Part shown: positions 11,650-26,539 of the stretch, piece after piece | Numbering within the stretch: the stretch's first letter is position 1 | How the letters are laid out: each line of letters begins with the position of its first letter | DNA from: Raillietiella orientalis | Lineage: Eukaryota | Reading direction: 5' to 3' | Assembly: GCA_036172245.1 (NCBI GenBank) | Contig: JAYWIR010000029.1 | Location: 1,302,001-1,366,000, forward strand | DNA: 64,000 nt | Position numbers and translations under genes: made by a program | Notes under the pieces: model-generated | Told to the model about the DNA's origin: nothing | The model's database searches: none | The model's input: only the letters and a program-made list of their open reading frames with translations

Positions 11650-14346
11650 AACCTGGCTCCAATGTTATTACTCAATGACAGTCGCAGATTGACGGATATC
11701 TGCGGAATCCTGGATGTAAAGGGACGTGAACTCACGTGACTGCTCTTCAAAGGAGCGGACTCGGTTCCCAAACACCGTTTCTTTTTGCTTGCAGGAGGTT
11801 TTCGGGCCCTTTCGGTCTAGCGACCCTCCATTCTGGGGGGGAAGGGGGGGATTTTTCTCAGTCCACGCAGGGTCAGCGTGAACCAGGGTGACTGTTGAGG
11901 TGTTCCTCCCTGGTCCGTTTTGATGCTTCGGCGTGAGACAGACTTCCCACATCTGAAGCTGAGCAATTTCGTATACGCTCTACAGCCGAACAATGCGCAC
12001 AGATCTCTGTCCGTCGTCCAGGAGTGAAACCATGTGGACACTCCGAAACCGGTGGAGAAAGGAGAAAAATTTGTCATTCATCATAGGATACATGATAAAT
12101 CACAATTATGTTTTTTTCTTTAAATCATGTTCCATCCATGAGAAGATTCATGTATTTCATCCCTAGTTTGGACAAGTCCCACGAACTACTATAAGCGCTC
12201 TTTATGGCGGCATCCCATCTTCGGCGGGATCGGTGCACTTGGACTGCCACGCTTCGGCAAAAAGGTATCAAACCAGTTCTTCCGTCTAGAAGAATCGTTA
12301 AGTAGCGCAGCCTGCCTTTCCGAATGGAGCTTCTTAGCCTCATAGGCTGAATTGGATTTCCAAAACTGCGCGCTGTGCGATAAGGAAAGCAGAATGGCAG
12401 AGGACTAGCATCTGAAGAAGAGCAGGTAGCTGCAGTCTGGCTGGGAACATTTTGCCTAGTTCCTCGCGGTGGGCATGAAAGCAAAGGAAGTTACCTCGAT
12501 GCAAGCGAGGGTGCTGCCTCCTATGATCGAGCTGCTGAATGCATCTGCAGATTCAAAAGAAAAACAAGAAACAAGTGCTGACAAATGCACTGCAGGGATG
12601 AGTCGAAAGTGCTGGTTTGCACTTTCATGTGTCAGGAGACCAACCGGGAACTTCGTCTTATCCAACAAGACAGCCAAAGAAGCACTACATTTCAAGAATT
12701 CAAGAGAGATTTCCAAGTTGCTTCCTAAGAAGGCGAGAGGAAGCGGGCATATTTTCGAAGCGTATGAGCGACCGGTTGCGATGAAAGCTGGAAAAGGTCG
12801 TGCTATGGATCCCTCCAACCGGATGCTGGAGCGTTCATGAAACAACAGATTCCAGGTCTGGATCTTAGGAAGAGGCACCGAAGGCGATGACGTGATGCAG
12901 TTTGATTCTGCAGTCAGCATCCCGCAGAGCACGTGCGGATCGAGAACAAGAGAGATGTGCATCTTACTGAAATTTGGTCGACCCAACACTGGAACACTGG
13001 AAATGGGAGACAAGAAGGGAACATTGCGCTGAATATAGTGCTGTGTGACCAGAGATTTTTCCTTTCACCACATTTAACAGCTGATCGTCCCCTGATTCAC
13101 TATTCCTAATTTTTGTTAGCATCAGATGAGCCTCGGTATCGCTGTTTCCTTGGAAACATCTCCATGAATCTAATCTCCGGAATCAGAAGGTTCTCTTCCT
13201 GAGCAAAAGGTCACAAGGATGCTGACACACTCCGGTGGAAGAAAAATTCTACTCGAGGGTCTCGGTTCGAATAATTGGTTGCCAAAAAAATGTGTCAGCA
13301 CTACGATTGACTCTGCGAGTGCAGTGTGAGAGCCTTCCGAGTCCAAGAAGTTGGTGTTTGAATGGACCGATTGAGTCTCTGTTCCTGAGAACAGAAACGG
13401 AACTCCGAAGTAGCCATCGTTTGTACCCGTGGTGCAAGAGAGGTCACATAGTCATCGAATTTGAGAGGACCCTCATAGTTCATTCGAAAATCTGCAACCA
13501 ATTTTCCTGTTTTCCCATTGCGGCTGTGAAGAGATGTACGACTAATCTGACCACATTCAGGGAATGCTGTAAGGCTCATTCAGGTAAACCCTAAGAAGGC
13601 GAATCCTAACAGCATTTCGCACGCCCACGAGCTCCCTAGATAAGTGGATGAGTTGCCTGGTGTACAAGGAGGAATGCAAAAGGATTCCTGAGGCACACAT
13701 TAAGAATGTGGTGAGGGCTGCCCGAATTTGCAGCTTCGAGCCTCAATCTGACGGAGTTTCAAGCGCTTTCGGCAGCCACGTGCCATGCGTGCAGCAGCAG
13801 GAAAGAAGACGGGGGCCATCCAAGGAGACCACAGTGACAGGTCACGCTGTGAAGGATTCGTCGTAAATCCGGGAGCCACTGCGACGAGGCAGGATCACTT
13901 TTCTTGAGAGGAAAGCAAGGAAGCAAAACAAAAAGTGGGATACTTGCAACAACATCAAGGATTAAGGTAATGACTTTGTGCATGAAAATTCGGTGATTTT
14001 ACATATCCCTATGCAGAGTCCCTGCAGATCAGGGCAAAGATTCCAAAGAATGATCCTGTACAGCAATCTGCAGGCTTCCGTGAACCTGATCTGGGAGACA
14101 GATCTGGGAGGACGCCTCAATTTTAGACCTGCTACACATGAGACAGACGTTTCCGAAAGACTTGCTCTTCAAGGAGGTGGAAGAGAGGAGGCGCAACCTT
14201 CCTGAGATGTGGCTCGGATCCGACCACGCTACATCGACCGCAGAGTAGAGTGGGGCACTAAAAGCTTGCAGACGGAGGAGTCCAGGAACATGGCCGAAAA
14301 ATTCGACTCCCCGGGGAATGCCACAAACGAGCAAACGAAGTTTCAT
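11650..14346 (-). pseudogene. Old, near full-length LINE ORF2 relic (APE plus RT)
   Basis: Ordered echoes: LRLLVCGIPRG and DVAWSDPSH (APE N-terminus), DFRMN, LDKTKFPVG, YRTARS, RL...RTGLIPFCRS, WDLSK, GTPQQSP, FTSLYI. Confidence 0.5.
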
Positions 14347-15479
14347 GCAACGGCAATCAGAGGTGAAAGCGAAGTAAGCAAAACTGAGACGGTAAATCCA
14401 CGTATCGTGAAGGTCATCGGTGGGATCGTACGTGTGTGCGCTGCATTTTTATTATCCCGAAATTTAAGAAGATGCACGGGAACTACCAAATGCGTCATCA
14501 GGAGTGTAGAGGCAGCCTAAAAGGAGGGAAAAAACTCGGCGATTAGCCAAGAGTTAGATGAAATACAGCTGACAGACAGATCAGTTCAAGATAATGAAAG
14601 GCAGAGATAGGAATTTGCAAGCCAATGAGTAAAAGATACTTTGATGAAAAACCAGCAAATGGGAGTATTGGAGATAGAGAAAAAAAAAAAAAAAAAAAAA
14701 GGACCTTTGTGTACGATTCATCACGAGTTGGGCGTAAAACCCACTTGACTACAAATGAAGAGGCCGCGTTTCCCCGAGAACGTGCTGCCAGCGCATGAGG
14801 AACGGAACGTAATTTCCACAGTATATTCGAGAAGTATCCGTGAAAAGAGTAACAGGGATCTTCCAGTCAACGGGTAAACAGAGGTCGGTGGAATGTACTT
14901 AACCAGGGAATAACCACAGCAGCAGCCGCGGACGACGTAATTCTTTCGCTTTTGCTGATACTTCGGGCCGTTGCCTTTTTGCACACTTGGTGATACCGTT
15001 TAGCTCGGTGTTCTCGGCAAGGGAATTGTGTTTCCTTGTCTGTAGCATCTTTACTGCCTGTCTGCTTTCCTTTATCTCCGCATATTGCATCTCCGAGTGG
15101 CTGCTACCAGAAATTCTCTCCGTAAGCTGGGCTTCCCTCTTCTACTCGCATCTCCACAAAGCCACGCAGCCCGCACGCCAGGGTGAAGATCGAAGCGAAC
15201 CTTCTTTCACATCAGTGGGTCTCTCAGAACTCCATCCGTTCTTAGGAATAAACTTCTGGAGGGCGACAGAGTAATTTACTCACTCACTCTTTTTAACCTT
15301 TTTTTTTTTTTTCCACACATGCAAAAACATTCTCTTTCAGCTTCCCGTGAAGAGTTTTTACCCCTTCTTTTCCTCCTACGAACCTTTCAGTCCCAGAGTT
15401 GGTTTCTTCCTTTTTCATTTTGCATCTTTGAAAATGCTAGGGAGCTGCTTTCAGAAAATGCCCGCTGGAGTGCAAGTAA

Positions 15480-16440
15480 AAAATCGAAACAAAAACCCAA
15501 AGAAACTCTCTCCCCCCCTCATTCATATCTTCTCATTCGTCAGTGAGAAGGAACATAAAAAACAGTTAAAAGTTAATGCCTTGATCGAAAATTTCCCTTT
15601 GAAGATCAGCAGCAAACAGAACACGTTACTGAAAGATACCTTCTTGTGATTGGAATCTTCTAATGTCGACAAGTCCCGGAACTCGCTGTTTCACGATGTC
15701 CTTAAATAGCAGCCAATTTTTGTAGCTGGGCGGAAAATGGAAGATCCGATATGGAAGATCGATGAATCTGATTGAGCTAATGAATCCATCTCTATGGAGT
15801 ACCCATGTGCCATTCCATGTTTCGAGAGCCGAAAAGTCCAGAGTCTCAGAGGACCGTAGTGTACACAGTGTAAAGTATCGAATTCGCCTCAAATTCAATC
15901 CCAGGGCAAGGGGTGATATTCTTTAGAGATCGGTCCAAGGATTTTTCCAGCCATGACCAGTACACGTTGCGTGGTATCACTGAGAGCTGTTTCTAATATC
16001 AAAATACATCTGATGCTTCTCTTGTGTTTGGTGTAAATCATAATGTTTGCCACTCACATTGGTGCTTGGCGTGAAGACATTGTCCCTTTTGCTGATATTC
16101 CAGCTTTTCCAGCCGTGTGCACTCCGAAACTGCAGCTTACCTTTACAATCCACATTGAGGATGGAACATTGCGTTCAGTGGATTCTGATAATCTCAAAGC
16201 ATTCAGGAGTTGACAGCGAATTCGTCGGCAAAATGCTGATATCTATCTGCACTTTATTTGTCTTTGCAATTACCACCACTATCAAGTAGAGGTGGGGAGG
16301 GGATGCAGATTTTGAAATTTGGAGCATTCAGACAGCCATCAGGTGATGGAAAACGAAGCTCCGAAGATATGGAAGTACTTTTTTTTTGGAAATGGCACCA
16401 CTTGCATCTCAAGAACAAGCATCCGGTTACTTCGCTGATC
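15480..16440 (-). pseudogene. Old LINE reverse transcriptase relic
   Basis: FPSPDG, ISILP, SILNVDCK, RLEK, ISKR..FTP, VLHRDGFISS and LLFKDIV occur in RT order on the minus strand. Confidence 0.45.
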
Positions 16441-16499
16441 ACAAGACATTTTTTAAGGAAGACGAGAACACTCAGGCGTTCCAGCTATCTCTGAGCCAA

Positions 16500-19400
16500 G
16501 ATTCATGGTAGTAGTGCCATGGGAGCCTTCGCTTTCGTTTATTCGAAATCATGAATTTTTGCAAGAAACTCGAATGAGCAGCATAGGAGGAGGATAGCAC
16601 AAAAAAGGAACGACAAAGGAGGACACACTGCTCATGTGGATGGATCTTCAAGCAATTCATAATTCTACAAACACGGCAGCACCGAGGAGAGAAATGTTTC
16701 TATCAAGTGAAATGGTTGAATGACATTCACAGGTAGGGAAACCTATAAGAATCTTCTTGGAGATCAATAAATCTCTCTCGCGGATCACGGATGCAGAATT
16801 TAGAAGAAAGCACTCTTGGCTCTGAAGAGTTTACCGTGGTGTAAGTTGCAACAGATGGAGATGTGGTTTTCCAAAGAAAAAAAAAAAAATCTATTTGAAC
16901 AGGAAGGATCTTTGAAATATGTTTTAAGATAAGGATGTAAACCTCAGTATCTCAGTGATAGAACTCTCCGGAGTACTTTGATGAAGGTGCCGAAGGCCTT
17001 TCACGAGGAAAAAAGTGAAGCCACAATTGGAAGAGAGGCTTATCATAGGAAAATTCTTTTTCATGAAATAAAAAAAGGCCATTGTGAATTATTTGTTGCG
17101 AAAAGCATTCATCTGCAAAAAATGATCAGGAAAGCTTGCTGGAATTCGGTTATTTGGTATCAGAAGGATAACTGTGGCTGCTCAAAGCCTCATCCCGTCT
17201 CTGCCCTGCTCAATTCACGTTATCCCTATCGGTATACCGATAGTTTTTAGCGCAGGTCTCTTCCGCCAAGAATATTTCTGAAAGCATCAGAACCCGCGCA
17301 CCCGATCACTGTGGAGGGAAATTGCAAGTAGATTCCCTCCTCTATAATGAAACGGAGAGAATATGCAAAGTACGGGAGGATAGAACAAGTAGGAAACAAC
17401 AGCATTGTATCAAGAATTGCATCTGTATTCGAAGAGGAATCGAGAATGAGTGGATCCCCGCCGTCATCGGAATGGCATCGTGAATTTTTTTTGTTTAGAC
17501 GATGAGAAAAAGATGCTCAAAAAATCATGCTGACTTTTGTCGTGTGCACACGAACCCATTTAGGGCAGCGGGTTTGAATCTCCTAGGCGAGAGTTTCTGA
17601 CTGAAATGTCTGAATTGCTGCTGTTGGAATCTAACCAAGTTTGTGGGTGTGTGAAAAAGGAAGCTCAGCTTACATTATACAGCCTACATCAGCTGACATC
17701 AGATTCCACACATCGAGATTTGTGCATATATCTTAGGATGGGTCGAAAATAAAATGCACGGAAGATTTTGCTTCAGACAATTTCTATACAACGTACATAT
17801 GAGGTCAGTGGAGCGGATCTTCATGCTGGGCCCTTGCCCACTTGACAAGACGCACTTCCCATGTTCTTCTGCACCTTCCTGGACATAAATTCGAGTTCCC
17901 AACATGGAACTGAGGAAGGAGTGGGACAAGGCCGAAGATCCTTCGAACCGCATTTGGTTCTTCATAAGGATTCGCACGTGTTGAGCCGACCTGTCGAGAT
18001 GCAGCGTAGATTTGGACTGACACTGTTCGCATGAAAGCATATCACGAATGCCTTTTGAAAATTTCTGTTTCAAAGATATGTTTTCTTGATGAACCTGCAA
18101 TCCCATCACTCGCTTCCATCGATTTGGTCACCAATACACGCGCGACAGAGAGCTTTTACCGAGCGCTCTTTCCTATTCGTCTGCAAATCTTTGTCTTTGA
18201 CTCATCAGGAACAGATATACTTATAGAGAATGAATATATCTCGAGTGCAAAGACGAGAAAAATCTTGATTGCAGCAGTGTGAGAAGGCTGCTTTGGCTGT
18301 TCAACTATTCTATCGCCGCTTACATAACCGAAAATATTCATCTGTTCAATCAGAAGTTCAGCTGTTTACGGGATGGGGATCCTCCAAATAGCTCCAGAAT
18401 TCTCAAGAAAAAATCGTTCTAAATTGCGAAATTCTGTACTCTGGAAGAGCAATTTCGAATCTCAAGCTTCCGAGCAATAGAATGTTCCGAAACGCTATGC
18501 AAACAAGCATTCAAAATGGTTTCGATGTCCCGAAGGAAATCCGGTTTTTCTGGTTTCACCAGAAACTCCACGTAAAACAAAAAAAAGAAAAATGATTGCT
18601 TGACCTGAAATGAGTTGTGGTATGGTCAATCCGAATCGTGAAGATTCTTCCGTCATCATCCATAACGGCAACGCAAATGCCATGAAAAAGTTTCTGTACC
18701 TACCCGCTCAACTCCAAAAGCCCTCTCTGGTCACAGAAGAAAGGTACACGGATTGAATTCCTCACAGGAGCTGCAAAGACAATTCGCGAGTGCAACAAAA
18801 TCACCACTTGCTTGCAAGAAGGAATGAGATAAATGCATCATAAGCATTCTGTGCATCAAACAAGCCACCTTTGGGTACCTTTCCTGGATCTGGAGAATAA
18901 ATTTGCTGCTGCTATTGATTTGTCTTTCCTGATGTATGCCTGTGTATGAGCGGATGATGAAACTGTGAGCTGTGCCTCACCTTGGCCGGCACCAAAGAGA
19001 AGTTCATTGATCACCCAGAACCAACTTGCTTGCTCATCACACGAAGTCCGTTCGCTCAGCCTGTACCACTGTCAGTGTGGATTCGAACCACGAATGGCAA
19101 TAGTGGTTCAGTAAGCAATAAAGTTCCTGACCTGCAATTCTGGTCGGAGCAACCGACCTCTGAGGAACACGCACCTGCTTGAGCTACAGAATTTCGAAGA
19201 CGAGAAATTTGAAGATATGATCAGTTTTAACCGTAGTTGAAACGTGGATGAGTTTAGAATTTTCCGCTCTTTCCATCGGATCCAATATTTCTTTTTATCA
19301 TTGCTGATGAATTCCGTTCATAAAATGGATTTAATCCTCTTGACGTTGCTTTTTGATCGGAGTCATTTTACGTGCCAGCCAACTTCAACTTCATGAGGAT

Positions 19401-19653
19401 CTGGAGGTGGATCCTTGGCAACCGAGCTTCGACTTTCCTAACGAGCGAACGAGGAGATTCGAAGCCTTGCCGATATAATTTCATTGATTTACTTTCCCTT
19501 GGAACTTTATTTTCATTACCATTTCCGGTTCATAGCAACCTCCGAAATCTCCGTCAAGTCAACCTGTTGAGGAGTCTACCTTACTTGCTTTGTGAGAAGC
19601 AAACCCCAAACCCCATGTGGAGGCAAAGGTCTAAAAATCTAAAAATCGTCTAA
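16500..19653 (+). pseudogene. Old, near full-length LINE ORF2 relic (APE-RT-zinc finger)
   Basis: MGAF, LNDIHR..SW..SRM, LSDR, GHCEL (APE); GSP...EFF, KIL/NRI, SIDL, LRDGDP (~18370), YANK (~18500), CGMVN, FLYL (RT); PCRY...FP..SNLR ending at the stop at 19653. Confidence 0.6.
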
Positions 19654-20579
19654 TAAGTGCCTTTCTTTAAAAAACAAATGACTGTTAGGAAAGCATTTCT
19701 TTTTCCTGTTCCCATAGAATGATTCCATCTCTGACTGAAGATCCCTTCTTTCATGTAGGCGTGACACGTTAAAGCCAACTACTTAGAGGAAACTGCAGTA
19801 AATGTTTGGAAAGCTTCTCACCATAATTTCATCCCTCTGAAAGTACGCCATCATATGCGCTTTTTTCATGCTGCTGGCTTGGAAAAAAGTGTTCACTTGG
19901 GCTCTTTATTTAGCATTTCTTAAGGAAGAAGTCTTATTGCTGCTTACCAAAAGCGTTTTCTCCTTGTTACCGTGCATCCAATGTCCAGTAGAAAAGCTGA
20001 ATTCTTGAGAAATGATTAACAACTGTTGTGAATCCATTTTGAATGAAAGATTACTTTTCATGAATGATCTGCTAGCAATCTGTGTAGATTTCCTTGCATT
20101 GATAGCCTTTCACAGAGAAATCTGTCTCAGTTGTATTCTTTCGTATCATTTGAAGTCATTGATGAGAAATGCATATAACCTATTTTGCGCAACTTTGAGA
20201 GCACACCATTCGAAGATAATGATCTCTCTCTATTTTGTCTAAGAATGGTGTGCTTTCAAAGTTAATCGCTAATTGAGACTACATATATATATATATATGT
20301 AAAGTTTGACACCATTCTTACATAAGATGCATACATATATATATACACTGAAGGGCTGAATATATATGTACACTCAGCCCTTCAGCTGGAGATCGGTTTG
20401 GATGTTTGTGTTCCCAAGTGAAAACTTTAAGCAGAAAAGTTGCGTTAATGATATTCCAGGTAAAGAGAAGGTCGAGAATATCCACACTTTTCGCCTATTT
20501 GCTGTTGTTAATAGTATTTTCGTTATATCCTTCAGATGTTTCACTTTGATTTCTTGACTATCCGATGATAAAGATTGAT

Positions 20580-21300
20580 ATTTCAGACTAATTGTATGCT
20601 GCTCAGGGAAGTAGGATAAGGTACCTTTATAGATGGATTGCCAAAGAAACAGTGAAAATTGGAAATAGGTCTTAGAAAAGTGCTGTTTGAAATGAAAATA
20701 GGTGTCAGCAAAGCAGCATACAAGAACAACTGAAAATTTCCTCTAAGTCTAATTCTAGCATGGATAGCGAAAGTGATGTTGCTTTGAATGTACTTTGAAT
20801 AAGTGTGTATTTCTTCTGAAAAGAGTACATCATTCTCTTTAATTGCACTCTTCAAAATTTTTCTGTCAATCAGGAGTTTTTAATTTGGTCATCCATAACT
20901 GGATGAATGCTGCTTTTTTATTAGTTATGATGGGTTTTTTATCCTTACATTTAATAGGCAAGAGATTTCTTGAAGTATCTGAAGGGCACATTAGTTCTCC
21001 AAGACGTTTCAAGTAATCATCCGCCATTATTTATGGAAGACATTTTATTGCTTATGTGTGTGCAGTTACACAACTGGCCATAGGGGGGCCTTGGACATTC
21101 TTTCGGTTAGGTAAAGTTTTAAAAGTTGCACCTGAGAAAGACATCTGAAAACGGTCACTGATTTCGTGAATCGTTGATTGCCAGTGAAGGTCCAAAATTT
21201 TGGAGTCGATTGCAGTCCTCTTCCCCGTCTTCCTTTACCAGAATCTTTCGTCTGGAAGCTCAGTATTCGAATGCCATTTCGAAAGAGCACTCTGTCAATC
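20580..21300 (-). pseudogene. Old LINE RT relic
   Basis: STPK..GNQR, FRYFKKSL (for FIDFKKAF), AIKENDVLFS (for GIKQGDVLSP), FAD. Confidence 0.35.
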
Positions 21301-22259
21301 GCACTTGCCTTACTATTAGTTTACTCGAAATCGCGGCAAATCATTGCAAAAGTAGACGGGGATCAGTACGTTCGGTAGATGTAAACCATAGCAACTATCA
21401 GCTGAGGAACAACAAAGTGAATTCCACCCCACATAATAAAAGATCTGAAATCAATAAGTGGGGTGCGGTGAGGAGACCTGGACTGAGGATCAGATGCAAA
21501 TCCTACACTTTATTCCACGAAAATATGGCACCGTGATCGGATAGTTGGAGGGAGTCGAAAAAAAAAAAAAGAAAAGAAAAACAGTATTACTGTGGAAGGC
21601 TTTTCCACTTGCAAAATGTTTCTTCGGGGTAACAGACATTTGGTATAAGAATTCTCGGAACAGCAGCAACTGACTGCGGAATGGTGAAATGAAAACAAAT
21701 AAAAATAAAATAAAAAGAAAGGTTAGTAAGAATATAGAATTCGTAATCTTGAAGAAGGAATAGCAGCGAAACCTTTTAGTAAAGACAGACATTGCATGAC
21801 GTTGAGCTTTGGCAAATCCTGCAGTAGCACAAGTGTTCCAAAACCAAAGCCAAACAACCATAGATGCCAGGCTCAGAGTTCGTTGAAATAAATAAAAATT
21901 GGTACACTTCTTCTCGCCTCATCACTTCTGGATTTACGGTTTCGAAGCTCCATTCACTTCACTTGATGATGGATGCTTTTGTGAGTTCTTTCCTGTGCCT
22001 TCAATTCCCAGAGCAGAGGTGAGAGCCGAGCGCTTCCGTGTGTTTACCAAAAATCAGCAGTTATCGAAAAGGCACTGAAAGAGCGACAGGAAGGGACGAC
22101 AGGAATCCTCTAGAAACCTTGCACGGAACTCCTTGCTCTTCTGAGACCCTGGTTTCTCTCACTTTTCGGACGGGGAGAACTCATTCCCAAATTAGTGTCT
22201 GGAAAAAGCATCTGAAAGTGATCAAAAAGTTTCTGCTCTCCTCAACGAGTTAATGCGTT

Positions 22260-24055
22260 GTGAATAAGATAGAAATGGATCGAAACTTGGCTAAAGCCAT
22301 TCTGGTTTCTTGGATTCCCACTTCGGAGTGCTGCTCCTGGATGAGTGACACGCATTCGATTCCTAGGGAAGCACTTCCATTCGCAAAGTTGCTATCACTT
22401 ACTGTTTCTTCCTCTTGGACTTTTAGGTACAGTAAACTAAATTTTTATGGATAATTTTGCTACCTTCATGTTAGACGACAAAACACGAAGTACATGATCT
22501 CTATTTTTTTTTAGAGTATAAGGCAAGAGCTATTTAATAGCAGAGTAAATGATGGAAAATGAAAAATATATATATATATAAAAAAGGTTATTCACTTGAA
22601 AGTCTTTAAAGGTCTATTTCATGAAGATCCAATCTAGCTTTGTCCGAAACTGCGATCAGACTATCCTTCCAGAGCAAATCTTCGAAACGTCGTTTTTTGT
22701 TGAGAGTTCCAATACTGCAGCTGCCGTCAATGACGACACACCGTCATTGTGGAGCTGCCATGTTGAAGATATGAGATGCTTCACTGTCCCCGTGTACAGA
22801 TAAACAATCATGTTTATTGATTGATTTATTGCAGCTCGTTGATCACTGTGTCAGCATTAGCTGCCAAATGTAAATTTCTGCAAGATGCAACAGTGATGCC
22901 AAGATGAAGGAACCCAAATATATGAACACGAATACAGGAAGCCACTGTAGAAGTTCCCGAGTTGATTTATTGCATCTAAAAAACATGCATTTCATAGGCG
23001 TAAAGGTGGGTTCTCTTCGAAGTGGGAAGCAAACTTAAACGGTAGCAATTCTCAAATGATCCAGCGGAAAGGCCGAAAGCCGCGACGGTAGAGTGAAATA
23101 AACCAATAGAGTACAAAGCTGTTGCTTCTGCAAATAATATTTTAAATTTCGCTTTGCTGCTACCTAGAAAGTAGAAACCATAGAAAATTGCATCTTTACT
23201 GGTGTTTGCCGCATTCCAAGAAAAATTCACAAATGACTCCACAACGCTTTCATTCCTTTGACAGCGTCGACGTGCGAGCATCCACCTAACTCCAAGGACG
23301 AATCTGGGAGGAAGGCGGATCCCCGTGGATGAAAGGCTGTAGATTTTCAAAGTACTCTTTCGTGCGGAGATGACGCGAGCTGTTCGGATGCTTCCCGCTC
23401 ATGAAGTCTAATTTTCAGATTCCGTGCAAATAGCAGTTTCTATCGGGACTTCCACATTCGGATTTGGCATGGTTCCACTGTCTTAAACGTGTGTTTAGGC
23501 GAGAAGACTCATGCAGGTCACTTTCACAGGTATCGCGATCTAGCCGCCGTGGTCATAAATTTCGTGAAATCACTCGATTAAATGCAAGTTTTCCAAACTG
23601 ACACGTGGAGACATAGATTCGGACCGAATGACACTTTCACCACAGGCGAAGGCTCTCCGATTCTGGAAGTTTCATTTACATTCTTGGGGCCGAGGCAAAG
23701 GGAATTAATTGCATCCGGGATGATCACGAACAAGAGGTTTCAATCCATCCGGGAAAAAATCATTTTCCGAATGTTGCCCGACGTATTCCAGAAACCAAAA
23801 ATTAAATTATCGATAAAGAGTCCCAATAAGAAACTCTTTAGTTGGATCGTTTCGATGGTTGTTGAGTCATCCCAGTCGACGCGGTGCTTATGTTGTCAGA
23901 CTCTAAGAGAGACCAAAGAGTTTCTGTACATAGAAGAATCATTTGCAGGATGTTTCACATTGCAGATGGGGTTCTTTTCTCCCACTAAGAGACTTCACTT
24001 GAAATCACATGAACATGGTGATGAGGATTATTTCATTTCCAAGCTTTTAGGGTGA
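22260..24055 (+). pseudogene. Old LINE ORF2 relic (RT to zinc finger)
   Basis: APG..IPRE, ILPEQ, IDL, GVKVGS, ASANNIL, then CLCCQTLRETKEFLYIE (zf-RVT-like) in ORF 23582..24055. Confidence 0.55.
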
Positions 24056-24379
24056 TGGCATGGGAGTACAATATGAGAAAGACGTTCGTGAAGGCTGCTC
24101 AGAACTCTCCTTGTCATCTACATGTCCTATCTTCTGAAAATGCTTACTGTTTCCACATTTCGGGAGGAAGAGTGGAATGGTCTTCAGAAACTACCAGGTA
24201 ACGGTCAGCATTTAGGGCATTTCCACGAAAGACCAGAGAGTGCACCATCACGTGTTGTCTCGTGATTGAAGATCGCTTAGGATCCACAGATGCACATTCC
24301 GCTCCTGTCTCACTCTGAAATTAGATATTGCGAACCACAGCACAGCTTCCAAAAACCATGGATGTGGACCATTCAGTTC

Positions 24380-25826
24380 CTGTCGGCTTAATGTACTGGA
24401 TTTATGAAGTAACGATCATTCTTTTTTTCGAGCAACAGTGTACGTTGAAGCCTTTCTCGGACTACGATCCCGAGACATCTCACTCACTTTTCAAGCTCTC
24501 GAAGAGAAGCTTGGCATGAACTTAAAATGCCCATCGACTCAGTTTCTGCCATTACCGATCACGTCATCTTTCAGTACCGTTTTATTCAGATTTCCGTGCT
24601 AATCTTTTCGTCGCAGATTTGCTTGGAACTTCTATGGGCACAAACTTTGTTTGAGACTCCCGAGTTTCGAATCTGGAATAGCATCAGTTTGGTCAAATGC
24701 TGACGGAAAGTGCCCCTTCGCTAGGGGCTTTTCGTATTTTCTGGCGCAAGTCTACGTCTTCTTTGGCAGCAAGGATGGCACTTTGAATGAGTTCAAAAAA
24801 TTAAGCACTGCAAGGCGGGTTGCCATCTCATTCTGTAGATTTGCATGGTTTGGAGACTCACGTTTCAGTGGGGGACATCAACATCAGATCATCTTGCCTA
24901 AAAGTTCTTGTAGATTAGGACTAAGATGCAATCCTTCTTTGTTCAGAAAATCTGCTGCCACTATATGACACACGAAACGAAAGCCTCCAGCATTAATCAT
25001 CTGAAAAATTTAACATCCACATCCCAATTCTTCCACGTAGCATTCAAAATGGGTAAAATCCCTTTTTTATTTTCTTCAAATGATTTCGATCAATTCAGTG
25101 ATGTCTCAAATGTCAGCCCCTGGAACAGAGTTGATTGAGAAATTAATAGAAGTTCGACAGGACCAATTACAAAACAAAGAATAGCGTAGAAGACGTTGGC
25201 ATGCCTTCATAAGGGTTCAAGACTGTGTTAGAGAGGGTTGGTAATTAATATCTTCTGTCATTTCCAATTACCCGTGTGTGAGAAAAATGCCTCTATCAGT
25301 CCATCATGGTGGTTCCAGTCCATCATCATGGTTTCCAAAGGCTGACAAAGCATTCTGAACATCCCCAATATTTACTTTGGCTTCGTGGAAGGCGATGTTC
25401 TCTTGATAGATGTGCCACCAATTTGAGTTTATCCATGCTTACAAATGTGTGTGTGTCTGTGTTTTTTTTCAAACTGACTGGTGGAGCCGATTGACGCAAG
25501 AATGTGGGGATGAAATAGAGAAAGAACATGCTGAAATCTCCACGAGGATGATTAGCATGAGATGGATGTTTACGAAGCTTCCTCCGCGGTCTTTGCCCAA
25601 TCAACAGGCATCCGGTTTGGAGGAAAACTGCATGAATCAGACTAATCAGATCCACGGAGTTGTCTTTACAACCGATAGCTCTGTAAAACAGGGACCACTT
25701 CTTGAGATAAAAGGAGTGACAACTCGTTCTGTCTCGAAAAGAATGGGTTGCATCAACGGTTTCGATATTTTAAAATATTCAAGACCTCATCAGGATGCAG
25801 GGTTGCTTAAGTGGATAGCAGGGTAG
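24380..25826 (+). pseudogene. Old L1/Tx1-like ORF2 relic (RT C-half to zinc finger)
   Basis: LGMNL, LLG, RFAWFG, ILPKSSCRLGL (for LPK..GGLGL), then RCSL...HAYKC...W. Confidence 0.5.
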
Positions 25827-26539
25827 GCGCCTCTTTCCTTTTTTTATAATGCGGAGTCCATCCAAGATTAAAAGCATAGGATTAAGAAGTCAATTCAGAT
25901 TAAAACTTTGCTGAAGCATTTTTATGAGCAATTAGGAAAATGCTTCTTTCTTTCTTTCTTTCTGCTTTATGATTTCCTCTTGAAACTCCGCTGTGGAAAA
26001 TCCGAATTTCTTATTTATTGAGAACACTGATCTGCTTAGTAATTGTCTTTTTTTGTAGGCATCCTTGCGTTGAATTATCGCTTTTCAGAAAATTGCTTTG
26101 GAGAGAGGGGGTGGGAAGGCAACAGAAAATCGGGATCCTTTCAGATTCTTTACCCCGAATTCTTCCACGCAAACAAGTAAATGCACTCCACTGTTTTTCC
26201 ATCTCCCATTTACTCATAGAAGCAACTTTGAATTTGACTGTCATCTGTTTGGTCCCTGTATAGGAGATCAAAGGGCAATGAGATCAAAGAACAGCAACGA
26301 AGGCTCCGAGTCTTCACGAATACGAGTCACGGAGGCAAATGCAGGAAGCAGTGAGAACAGTTCACCTCCAAAAGTCGTTCTCAGTGGGCTCGGAAGCTTG
26401 GAAGGAACCCCTGGCACCGTGCAGCTGGCGTGGTTGTCAGAAAGAGAAGGAAAATGCTAGGCTTCTGTCAAGATTAGCCGCTTCCCTGCTTGCATGTCTC
26501 TTGGACTGATGTCTGCAGAGGAAACCAAATTATTCCTCA

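Noticed and set aside
17699..18109. Gypsy integrase HHCC-like motif (SCEQCQSK) on the minus strand
   Set aside because: No DDE core follows, and the plus strand fits an ordered LINE RT series better.
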